A stretch of DNA of 64,000 nt from Callorhinchus milii (Eukaryota), in the NCBI RefSeq assembly GCF_018977255.1, contig NW_024704743.1, positions 9,674,001-9,738,000 on the forward strand, written 5' to 3'. Below the pieces are notes generated by a model that saw nothing but the letters and a program-made list of their open reading frames with translations, was not told the DNA's origin and did no database searches. Shown here one piece after another: positions 39,585 through 51,160 of the stretch; position 1 is the first letter of the stretch, and every line of letters begins with the position of its first letter. The translations under genes were made by a program, and so were the position numbers.

Positions 39585-39615
39585 GGCTAGTGATGTCGTT
39601 GTGATGTCATTGCTC
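39585..39615 (+). promoter_or_regulatory. CREM: ICER (P2) intronic promoter: tandem CRE-like CARE elements
   Basis: GGCTAG-TGATGTCG-TTG-TGATGTCA-TTGCTC (sites at 39591-39598 and 39602-39609). Same arrangement and flanks as mammalian CARE3/CARE4 as recalled. Lies in the G-H intron ~95 nt upstream of the ICER-like coding segment. Confidence 0.85.
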
Positions 39616-39704
39616 TTTATTGTAATCCCACATATGGTGATGACTGGGAAATTTCAATGTAGTAGACAGAGACAGACAGCAGTTTGCAGAGCAAACGTGT
39701 AAGC

Positions 39705-39729
39705 ATAGCTGTGACACGAATTGAAACAG
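39705..39729 (+). CDS. CREM: ICER-specific first exon coding segment with non-canonical ATA at the start position: (I/M)AVTRIET
   Basis: ATA GCT GTG ACA CGA ATT GAA ACA G|gtaaga aligns with mammalian ICER MAVTGD(D/E)T. Strong phase-1 donor is compatible with the exon H acceptor. Translation from here is unproven. Confidence 0.7.
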
Positions 39730-40717
39730 GTAAGATGACAGCATTGTAACTGATTTGGATACCCTGAAGGATATTGATGAGTTTTCTCATGTGTCAGATT
39801 GTCTTTTTTATGAAAAACAAAATACTTTAAAATCTCTAATTAGGTAAAATGTTAACTATTCCTTGAGATGTACAAATTTTAAATTGTGACGCAGCAGAGT
39901 TGTAATTGAAATAGTTTCCTGTTCAGTATACCTGCAAATGTGAAGAACAGTGATATAAAAAGAACACAGTAAATATAAATGCCACTTGTTATTTTTGTAT
40001 GGTGTATGGGTGGTATTCCAGAACACTATGGAACTCTTTCAGTTGGATGCAAAGTAAACATTAAAGAATGAGGCTTTGCTTTGTATCAATCCGTTTATTT
40101 AAAAAGTGAAAACTCTGTGAGTTTTGAAGTTTGTGTGGCTGTATATTTCTGTATTAATGTTTCTGTCCTGCCAGTTTGTGTAGGGTATTGAATAAATGTT
40201 ACTGTTTACTTTATGATAATAATTCTGTATGTGATGTGAATCATCAGAGTGCTGTAAATCGTTTTAAGCAGTTGCTTTAAACAAAGCTTTGTTTATATGC
40301 TCGTCCCCCGTGTCTGTGTATCCTATTTGGTAGATTCCACAGTGCTTTGTGTTCAGCTAGCTGGCGTTATTAGATTCCAGAATTGAGTATTAATAGGGAA
40401 ATGTAAATATTAAGCAGAAAACAAGCTACACATTGGCATTGGAGTTCAATCAAAAGGTATATTCTATTTTCTTGTTGCTGTGGTATCAGTTGAAATGAGT
40501 ATCTTTCGTTGGGTGTATTTATTTAGTTGTATTTTTAATGAACAACAACTGGATAAATCACAGATCCTAAAGTAACTTCAGGTTGAGAAAGTGTAAATAA
40601 AAACAGGAGATGGATAATTGTTTGGTTAGTAGATAACCTTGTGTCCAGAATTTTAATCATCCGGAACACAAAAAGAAGATTTGAAGAAAAATCTAATATG
40701 TCTCAACTTTTCCACCT

Positions 40718-41037
40718 TTAATAATAATAATCCTTGCATTTGATATAGCGCTTTTCACGTCGGGCGGACATCCCAAAGCACTTCACAGAACACACTGTAA
40801 AGTGAATTGACTGTATATTTGTGGGCGAACGCGGCAGCCAATTGCACACAGCAATGTCCCACAAACAGTCGTAGATTGAAAATGACCAATTTATTATTGT
40901 TTTTGGTTTTGGAGGGATTATTATTAGGCTCTGTGTGGAGTAAGAAAACTTGCCCAAGGTTTCGCCCTCTGCCTGGAATTGAACTCCGGTCTCTCGCTTA
41001 CAAAGCGAGTGCTCTAACCACTGAGCTACAGGACTCC
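40718..41037 (-). mobile_element. tRNA-derived SINE with L2-type tail (best-preserved copy of an abundant family)
   Basis: Head GGAGTCCTGTAGCTCAGTGGTTAGAGCACTCGC...GTTCAATTCC (A and B boxes), Deu-like 3' body, tail GGGATGTCCGCCCGACGTGAAAAGCGCTATATCAAATGCAAGG(ATT)n. Other copies at ~7236-7988, 14250-14490, 26902-27090, 31488-31600, 42460-42770, 42873-43184, 45100-45310, 57262-57375, 60585-60920 and 63800-63890. Confidence 0.9.
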
Positions 41038-44000
41038 ACAGGACTCTACTAAATTCCTTCCATTTCATTATGAACAAATAAGAGTCAACAACACTGTTGA
41101 ACTAACATTAATATAATGGGGTGAGGGGCTTCACTGTGTGAAGTGCATTGCGATAAATGTATTAAGGTGCTTTGTCAAATGCATGTAGTATTTATTTATA
41201 AGTGGGGCAGTGGGTGAGGGTAAAAGTTATTTCACTCAAGTTGTCACATTAATTAGAATTTTGTGCAAATATTTATTGCCACAAAAAGTTTAGATATCTC
41301 CTTTCCTTCCCTGAACTTTGATTGTGAAAATGCGTGTGAAGATGTTTTCCGGGTGAACTCACCTGAATGGGGTTTCAGAAGGTTGTATCGCTCAAGCACA
41401 AAGTTGCTGACCTCAAGAATCAATTGAACACACTCCACAGCATTCAGGTGGGGGAGAATTTTTGGGGGCAGATATTCCAACACATAGATAGTCAGTATCA
41501 GCATGGTAAAGGCAGAGAAGTGGGTGACTGTATGCAGAAAAGACGAGAAGACAGTCAATCTTGTAACAATAATCAGAATAAAACTTTCATTTGATACAGC
41601 ACGTTTAAAATTGGAACGACATAATAATAATCCTTTCATTTGGTATAGCGCCTTCCACATCTCAAAAGTGTTTCACAGACTATACTGTAAAGTGCAGTGG
41701 TTGTGTTTTTATGGTAGCCAATCAATTTTATTTGGGGGATTGTTTTTTAAAAAAAGAGTAATTAATCATATTTGGAAGGCTAAAAATAGAAACTGAAGGA
41801 ACAATTTACTATCTTTTGCAGTTTTTTTCATCCTAATAGGGCTTTGAATATTTTAATACGGTTTGGAATATTGGGGGATGACATGAAAGGGATGAAATTT
41901 CATACTTTCAGTAAGATTTTCCATTTGGTGCTAAATCTGATGTGTGTGTGTGTGAAGGAAAGTGTGCGCAACTCTGACCATGAGGTTGAAAGCTGGTTAG
42001 ACCAGTTGGAGACTGATGCAAGAAGGGAGATGTATATGGTGAATGTAACTGAACTGAAATCTATTCTACAAAAAAATCATAAATTAATTACTATATTGTG
42101 CTTGTGGGACGGAGTGGAGTCTCTTTGGAACTCCATCCCACATTCCTTTTGCCTTGCTCCCTTCTCAAGACCCTCCTCGGCCATACTTCCTGACCTCCAC
42201 CCTCCCTGATCCCCAGCCCCATCCCCCAGCTAGGATCCAAATCCCTGACTGTCCAGCACCTTGGAACATATATATATATATAGGCAGGAAGCACCCTGGT
42301 ATCTTTGGCCTGAATGTTTTTTTTTTCAGTGGGTCTTTTTCTTGTGCATCAGTAACAGGTGTCAGCTTGGCTTAATTAGTGACCTCTGGGTCAGAAGGTT
42401 GTGGGTACATGTTCCTTTGTGCTCACAGTCAAGGCTGACATTCCATAATAAGCTTTATGGAGTCCTGTGGCTTAGAGCACTCGCCTCGCAAACAAGAGGT
42501 CCTGGGTTTGATTCCCAAGCAGGCAAGTTTGCTTACTCCTCACTCCTCTGTTTACCTACCTAGCAGGAACCCAGTTGTTAGTCGATTGGTTTTAAAATAA
42601 CAATTTGGTCATTCAATCCACAACTGTTGTGGGACACAGCTGCGTTTCGCCCACAAAATATACAGTCAATTCACTTTACAATATATTCTGTGAAGCGCTT
42701 CAAGATGTCTAGAAGGCTTGATAAGGCACTATATAAAATACCAACCATTTCAAATGCAAGGCTTATTATCATGTCAACTTTGTTTTCTTTGTTAGTATTT
42801 TCCCTTGTTGAAGCACGTGAATCTGTAGGGCAGTAATGAATCCAGTAATCTCGTACTTGATTTAGTGATGCTAATAATAATCCTTGCATTTGATACTTTT
42901 TCAAGTCATCGAGATGTCTCAAAGCACTTCAGATTTATTTTGTGGGTGAAACGAGGCAGCCAATTGTGCACACCAAGGTACCACAAATAGTCGTGGATTG
43001 AATGACCATTTTTTTTTGAGGGATTATTACCCCCAGAAAGCAATCCTTCAATCTACTAACATCCGGATTCCTACTTACTGTTAGACCAACAGTGGCATGT
43101 GGAATAAGGAACGCTTCTTAAGGTTTCGCCTCACCCAGGAATCACTTGTGAAGGGAGCGCACTAGCCAGTGCACTACGGAACTCCAATGCAGTAACAGAG
43201 GAATTGTCACGTTATCGGAAGTGCTATGCTTTGCATTGGACATTAAACCAAGGTCCCAATCGCGCCCACCACTAAGTGAATACCTTCCCACTTCATGTCT
43301 TCCACCCTGTCTTTCTACCCCCTGATCTCCATACCTTAGTCTCTCCACTTCGCCCCTTCCATCACCACCTTGTAAATCTGCCTTCAGACCGACCCAACTG
43401 TGCTTTCAGTCACCTTTTTCCCACCCTCCTCCGCTCCCCCACTCCCACCCCTAGCTTGGACTCCCAGTCAGCTGTGTGAATTGTTGTTATACCATCCACC
43501 TGATGTGTTCATCATATCCTCAACATCACTTTGCTGTTGAACCACAAATTAATTTCCTATAATACAAAAATTTGAAAGTTTGTACAGTTGGTAAGTTGAA
43601 TAGAGATGATACAAGGACTGATTTATTCAGTTTTTGGATGTCCTTCGGATCGGATGTCAAACTGAGGCTGCTTCTGCCGGTTCAACTGTAAGATCCCATG
43701 GTACTATTAGAAGAGAGGAGGGAGTTTCTTCCACTGTCCGGGCCAACAATCCCCCATATAAAATTGGTCACTCATTCCATGCCTGTTTAGTGGGATACTG
43801 CTGTGCACAATTGGCTGTCGGGTTTCGCCCACAAAATACAGTCAAACCACTTTACAGTATATCTTGTGAAGCTCTTTGATAAGAGCTGCTATATCAAGGC
43901 GCTATATCAAGGATTGTTGATTTGGTAAGGTGCTATATCAAGGATTGTTATTATTATTATCATTATTATATTTAAAGAATTTACCACCGAGTCTGATCAA

Positions 44001-47000
44001 AAATGCCAATGGCTTACGTGCCTAACCTGAAACACTGTATTTATGACATGATGAGCTCACCCAACTGAGTTCATAAAAAATAATTATCACCTGTGTTACT
44101 TAATCTCATTGATATTTTAAAGTTTGGTGCTATAAATTTCAATTTGTTTATTTGTCCAGGAAAAAATATTCCTTGATCTGATGTGTTGAAAATGAGTTGG
44201 AAATGTTCAAACGTGTTTAACGGTGTACTGTTCAGACTGAAACAGTGCCACTCAACCAGAACAGTTTGGAATGGCAAGATGTTTGAAAATAAAAACTATT
44301 GTGATTGTTAAATGTAGATGGTTCTAGAACTGTAAGAGTTTTTTGTTTAAATACATACCCGAGGGAGTCAATATAACACAACAGTCTCTAAACTGTTGCT
44401 CCCATTAGTGGGAGAGAAAAATTCTCAGAACAGTACTACCACCATTCTTAGCCTGTGGGCACAAGTTTCAGTAAGTTGCATAATGGTTCTGCTTCTTTAT
44501 CTAAAATACTGTAGACCCTACTTATGATTTGGTGAAATGCTGTATTACACAAGGGACTAATCATTATGAACCTGTGTGTTAGATACAGCAAATTTGATTT
44601 CAACGCACATATGAAAGTCCAGAATTTTAAGATCAATTTCTGACTTTCATATATGCAGTGTTAAAATGAATGTCACTTTTTTCACCCGCATCAGCTGAAA
44701 TTTGAATTTACTTTTTCAGTATCGCTATTTTAGTTTTCTAAGCTGCAATTCCTTTAACATATTTATAAATGCACGTGTGCCATGAAATTACATTATATAA
44801 TAGGACACTTATTTCCCTCTTTATGCATATGTTTAAACAGCGATTTTACTCAGCTCTCATAACAAACTTTTTTGGTGCAAATAAAAAGACTTCTATTTTG
44901 TTGAAGAATCTACAGCAAATAACACAGTATACAGATTTCCTTCAAGAGAGTTGTATATCACACTTGGCTTCCCATCCTTTTCCAAACCAGTCTTATTTAG
45001 AGACAACTGCATAATAAATAGAATAATGTGCTCTTGAATGTACTATAATTTACAGTGCCCTTTCAAAGCCTTTTTGGTTGGCCAACAAAATAAATCTTCT
45101 TAATAATAATCTTTGCATTTGATATTTGATTTTATATTTGATTTTTTGATATTTGTATTTGATATATTATCACGTTTTCGAGACATCTCAAAGAGCTTCA
45201 CAGAATATACTGTAGAGTGAATTGACTGTAACGCACAGTAGTGTCCCACAAACAGTGGCTTGAGTGACCAAGTTTTTATTTTATTTGATTGTATTTTTGA
45301 AGGGATTATTACACCGTTTTATTATATTATTATCGTGGTTGCATGTTGCCCTAATTTAAAAATATTCAATCAAGAGAAACCTGGAAACATACTACCAATT
45401 GAACACGGGACTTGCCTGCGGGCCATGGGATGGCCACCACTGATGTAGATAGACTGTACAGCGTGAAAACAGGCCATTTGTCGTCGCAACCATCTGTGGC
45501 AGTGTCGAGTCTCCATCCACTCCTTGCTCCCTCCTATACCCTTCTGTTCCATTCTCCCTCATGTATATATGTAATTTCCTTCTAAATACATCTGATATCT
45601 GTTTTAATGTTGCTTTGGGCAGTGAGTTCCACATTCCCTCTGCATGAAGAAATTCCTCCTAAATTCTCTGTTGAATCCTCTGGTCGCTATCTTATACTCA
45701 TGTATCCCTCCGTTCTCCAAGAAGTGGTACCAAGCCCATTTGTGGTTAGCCTGGCTCACTCATGCCTCTGAGTCAAAAGATTGTGGGTTCAAGCACCAAG
45801 CTGGGAATTGGAATCGCATTGTCTAAGGTCACACTCCATCCAGTGTTTGGGGTGTGTTGCATTGTCAGAGGTGCCATCCTTCGGATGAGATGTTAAATCG
45901 AAGTCCTGTCTGCTTGTTTGGGAGATCCCAGGTCCCATCTTAAATGTATCTTCTCCAGTGAAAAGGCCTATCCTGGTTCTATCCTGATAGCAGTAAACTG
46001 CCAGCCCTGGTATCATCCTAGTAAACCTCTGCTGTATTCCCTCCATAACAACTATATCCTTCCTATAATGTGGTGACCAGAGTTGGAAGCAGTGCTCCAA
46101 ATGTGGGCTAACCAAAGTTTTATACAAATTGTAAATGCAAATTGTTGGATTTGTTACGTAATATCATCATTGAGGGAAAATCATTCATGAGGCTTTAGTT
46201 TAAGAATGGCATTTGTGCTTTAAATGGTCAGGAAACATTACCTCTTGAATGGGATTATGCATTATTATGGAAGATTATTATAGATTTTTATGAAAGATAT
46301 TAAAGCACATTGATAATTTCAAAAAGTGGAGACTAATGAAATGCATGGTGCCGGAAATATAGATAATGTTCATTCAGCAAAACTGATTGAATGGGATTTT
46401 ATGGCAGAAGTATTAATTTTTAGTATGCAGTCTATCCAGCCATAATGAAATTCACACTTTTAGCAGTACATTTGTTTGAAATTGTATTCACCCCACACAA
46501 GTAAAGCCTCTATTTAATTGGTTGTTTTGTCCCATAATTATTCATCAGACTGTATAATTTGATGGCTAGATGGCATCAAATATTAAAACTGTGCACTTAC
46601 ATCTGAAAGATCACATAGATTCATAGAATGTAATAGTTTGTGGTATTATTGCGTCATTGTTGCGTCCTTGCTCGTCAAAGAGTGTGTGTTTTCATGCAGC
46701 TATTATTTACCTCATTCCTAATATTTGTCCAGCTGCTTCCTATCCTATTAATCACGATGCTTCATTAAACAGCTGCTATATTTACAACCAGATGCCATAT
46801 GTAAGCCGGTTTTTACCTTTGAAATCTGGATAACAATGGTTTTAAGGCCTTTAAGGAAAATGAACAAAATGTGTCATAACTGAATGGATGATGCAATACA
46901 GTTTTACGTGAATTAACAATTATTTGCAGCTGTTGCAGCATGAGCATATAACTGATGCAAAATAGTTAGGTATTCACTGTTTATATAGAATTTTTCTGCA

Positions 47001-47851
47001 CAGTAAGTGGTCATTTGTCTGCCATGTCTGTCAACTGTTTTCTGTTTTTCTCGTGTCATTTTTTAATTAATCCCACTTTCCTGCTCTCTTCCCTTTATCT
47101 CTTAATGTTTCACTGCTCAGGTACTTAACCCTTTTGAACAATTCTATTGATCCAGCCTCAATTGGCGCTTAATTTTCCAACAACCCTCTGAGAGAATAAA
47201 TTTCTCCCTATCTCTCCCCTAATTTTTCTATCAACAATTCTGAGCTTCCTTCTCCCATCTTGGGCTCCCAGTCAGCTGTGTGAAGTGCATTGAGACATCC
47301 TCCTGATATGAATAGTCCATATAAATGTAAATTATTCATCTTGAATCATCTCCATAGTTAATCCAGTTGAACAGTCCAGTGTCTGACTGTCCAGTGCCTT
47401 GGGATGTCCTCCCGAAGTGAAAGGCTCTTTACCAATATAATTTGTTGTTGTTTACATTCTTTCTGGCTTTGTCAGTCTCCACTGCTACTTTTAGAGTCCT
47501 GTGAATCTGAATCCCTAAATCCCATTGTTCCTTCACCCCTTTTTGGTTATACCATCCTCTCACAACTAATAACATCACACTCAACACGATATTAAGAATC
47601 CTTAGCATATGTTGTCTTAAACAATGCATAACCTAGAGGAGGGGGAAACATTGGATATTGAAGGGAATCTAAGGGTGAAGTACCCTCATAAAACAATTAA
47701 TAGTAATAGGAAAGATTGCAGGTACATGTGTTGTGGTGGGGATGGAAGAATGAAAACTTGGGAGATGAAATGAATTTTTAAGTAGGCGCACACATTATAT
47801 TTCACAGATGTTATAGACATACTTCTAATTTATATTCCATTTGCTCTGTAG

Positions 47852-48008
47852 CTGCCACTGGAGATATGCCAACTTACCAAATACGAACCCCAACTACTAC
47901 CCTACCTCAGGGAGTAGTGATGGCAACATCACCAGGGACGCTGCACAGTCCACAACAGTTAGCAGAAGAGGCGACACGGAAACGGGAGCTCAGGCTAATG
48001 AAAAACAG
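47852..48008 (+). CDS. CREM: CREM exon H: (A)ATGDMPTYQIRTPTTTLPQGVVMATSPGTLHSPQQLAEEATRKRELRLMKN(R), start of the basic region
   Basis: Acceptor ctctgtag|, donor AG|gtaagg, 157 nt, phase 1/2. Internal ATG at 47866-47868 (MPTYQ). The ORF track shows the wrong frame. Confidence 0.97.
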
Positions 48009-50028
48009 GTAAGGTTTTATTGAAACTGGGTGTGCTCAGCTGTTTCATTTGAAGATGCTTTTTACATTTTCCTATCGAATCTGTACTGTAGCAGAAATAA
48101 TGGCCGTTTATTCAAATTAAACCAGTTTTTATCAATTTCCTTATAGCTGTTTCACAATGGATTTTATTCAGCATGTCATAGAATTATACCGCACAGAAGG
48201 AGGCCATTCGGCCCATCATGTCTGTGCCGGCTCTTTGAAAAGAGCCATTCAAATCAATTCCACTCCCCCTATCTCTCCCCATAGCCCTGCAAACTTGTCC
48301 TCCCCAAATAATTATCTACTTCTCTCTTAAAAGCTGTTAACGAATCGGCTTCCACCACCCTTTCAGGCAGTGCATTCCAAAAACTCATGCATTAGTGAAT
48401 CCATTTTGAATCAAGGATTGAGACTTTTCTGGTTTTCTCAAATAAACGCAGTGCTTAGCTTCTGTTTTTAAAGTTCTTTTTAAATCTAATTTATAGTGAT
48501 CAGTATTACAGAGCACAATATGATCTAAAGAACTATGAGTAGTTTAGTTTTATTAAATTGCAGCTAGAGGTTCAACTAGTAAATAAAAGCAATTAAAATA
48601 TTATTAGCGTGGAAAAAATTAGATCCAACAGTCATGCTGTGCTTGTACATAGTGATTATTATTGTGTATGGTAGTGCAGTGTCAGAGCACCAGTTTATGT
48701 CACCAGGAAATGCTGGATTTCAGGTTGAGTTCTCCCCTGAGCTGAATTACTAATCGCACCTGGAGTGTGCAAATGCCATGTACCTCCCAATATGGAGGAA
48801 AGAAAATTACGAGGAGAGTCATCAACATAGTGAAGCCTCTCAATACCTAACATTTATATGCTAAGGGTGCATACTTGAGTTCCAGTTTGATATGCAGTAA
48901 ATTTGCGATTTGAGGCAGGAGAGTACCATCGGTCCATCTTGCCTCCCCAAATTACTGAGAGAGTATTCTCAAGAGGCTGACACACAGCTCTTCAGTCATC
49001 CCTCAGAAAGTTCTAGAGGTTCATTTTCCAGGTTGCTAATACCAGTTACAGAATGGCCTTCTCAGGCCTTTCCTCCAAACCCTAGATGTTCCCTTAAAAT
49101 ATTTGTCAATACTATTTATGGCTGAGAAATATTTTTTTCTAGGCACACTTTTGGATATCTTTGGAAAAATCTCATCTCCAGTCGATTTTTGTCATCTTTT
49201 TGAGGTTGATTGTTTCTGCTTTGATGAAGTAGACTTGGGATCACATTATGTACATATTATGTACATATTATTAGTCCAATGGCAGCAATTATATTTGTGG
49301 ATCTTGATGGAGACTGCTGATGGAATCAGTTGATTCTGCTTTGCCAGTAGTTTCACTGTTGGTCACTGTTATTCGAGCTGCAATCAAACCAGTTATTGCA
49401 CAATGTCTTCTTCAAGCTTCCTTCACTGCTGCTAGTAATATATATTTTCCTGTATGGTTGATGAAGAGCTTCACATTCAAGCCAAGGTTGGTCATCTCCA
49501 ACAAACCTCCATATCTGCTGTATCAATGGACTCAAACTTTGAGTGTTAAAATTAAGTTTGGTGCAGAGTCATTTGTGCCTTTCACTTTGAGCGTACTGTC
49601 TAGTGAGCCTCCTGCTCCTTATCCAGCTCAGGCTTGGGATTGTGGAGTTAACAGGAGCCAAGTGTGAAGAATCGCTCCTCCAAGTCTTTCAGATGAGCCA
49701 GGCTGCCTGTTCTGTCATTAGCAATGGCTTGAAGTACTGTGGACCCATCTGGCTTAGGTAACAGACTATTGAGTGTGGTACAAAAGGTTGTCTCGATTCC
49801 AACATTCCTTTGTCAAGCGCATCACCTTGGAGTCATCTTAGCTCTAAGGAGACCCTACTTACCTCTAGCTGGAGCAAACAAAAGGTGCACTAAAATTTTT
49901 AAATCCAATCCAGTTAGTTTTCTAGATCTAGGATTACTATTGTTGGTATTTCCTTCACATACAGCTGAGTATGTACCATTCAGTTTAACAAACTCGTCTG
50001 ATAGTGTTACTCCCAAGGTTTTAGCTGT

Positions 50029-50286
50029 TAGGTGAAATTCCCAATAGGTGAAATTCCACCAATTCTTAGCTCGTAAGACCATTTTGTCTTTAAATTTAAG
50101 ATGATGCAGAATTCTGCAAAGGTACTTAAATTCAGCCTTAATTTGGAAGCCATTGCTTTTTAAGAATTGCAGGAAACTGGCTTTCAAATTAAAACTGAAT
50201 TGAATATTTTTTCACAGTTTTTTTGCAATCGTAAGCTTAACGATAAACTGGTCTTAAAGAGTAAGACAAGCTGCAATTTCAGGCCT
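50029..50286. mobile_element. Second copy of the same hairpin MITE family
   Basis: Imperfect ~105-bp inverted arms ending AATTTCAGGCCT. Shares TAAGAC-TTTTGTCTT and CTTAATTTGGAA blocks with 61105-61317 and with partial copies at 13012-13157 and 22738-22890. Confidence 0.7.
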
Positions 50287-50383
50287 GTGGTGTCTTATTT
50301 TAGGTTTCTTGTCTTTGTTCTAGCTCAAATTAGCTCTGTAAGGCAAACCCTTACACATTTTTCACATGTGGTTTCACATTTTT

Positions 50384-51160
50384 CATAGATTCATAGAATG
50401 TTACGGCACAGAAGGAGGCCATTTGGCCCATCGAGTCTGTGCCAGCTGTTTGACAGAGCAAGTTACTTTCACTGACCCCAATCACCAGCTTTCTCCCCAT
50501 AACCCTGCAAACCTGTCTTCCCCAGATATCTATCCAGTTCTCTCTTAAAAACTGTTATCGAATCGGACTTCACTGCCCTTTCAGGCAGATCATTCCAAAT
50601 TCGAACAACTCGCTGAGTGAAAACATTTCTTCTAACCTCCCCTCTGCTTCTTTTGATAGATATCTTAAGACTGTGACCACGGGTCACAGTCACACCTACC
50701 AGCGGAAACAGCTTTTCCCTGTCTAGCCTGTCGAAACCTTTCATGATCTTGAAGACCTCTATCAGGTCCCTGTGTAACCTTCTCTGCTCTAATGGGAAAA
50801 ATCCTAACTTCTCCAGCCTGTCCTCATAGCTAAGGTTCCCCATTCCTGGATTCATTCTCGTGAATCTCTTCTGCACCCTTTCCAGTGCCTTAATGTCCTT
50901 TCTGAAGTAAGGTGCCCAGAACTGGATGCAGTACTCCAGCTGAGGCCTAACTAGTGTTTTGTATAGATTAACCATAACCTCCCTACTCTTGTACTCTATG
51001 CCCCTACTAATAAAGCTCAATACACCAAATGCCTTTTTACTGCCTTATCTACCTGCCCCGCTTACTTGAACACCCAGATCTCTCTGTACGTTCACCCCCC
51101 CTTAACATTGAGCTTCCAAGTCTATATTGCCTCCTATCATTTTTCCTACCTAAGTGTAGG
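50384..51160 (-). mobile_element. CR1-clade LINE 3' fragment
   Basis: LYKTLVRPQLEYCIQFWAP...LERVQKRFTRM...TRGHSLKI...FTQRVVRIWNDLP; 3' terminal (ATTCTATG)-type repeat. Confidence 0.93.

Noticed and set aside
40963..41037. tRNA-Thr(TGT) gene
   Set aside because: Has A/B boxes and an anticodon stem but a poor acceptor stem. It runs directly into a SINE body and tail, and sister copies read CGC at this position.
47841..48023. ORF-track peptide MLCSCHWRY...
   Set aside because: Alternative frame over CREM exon H.
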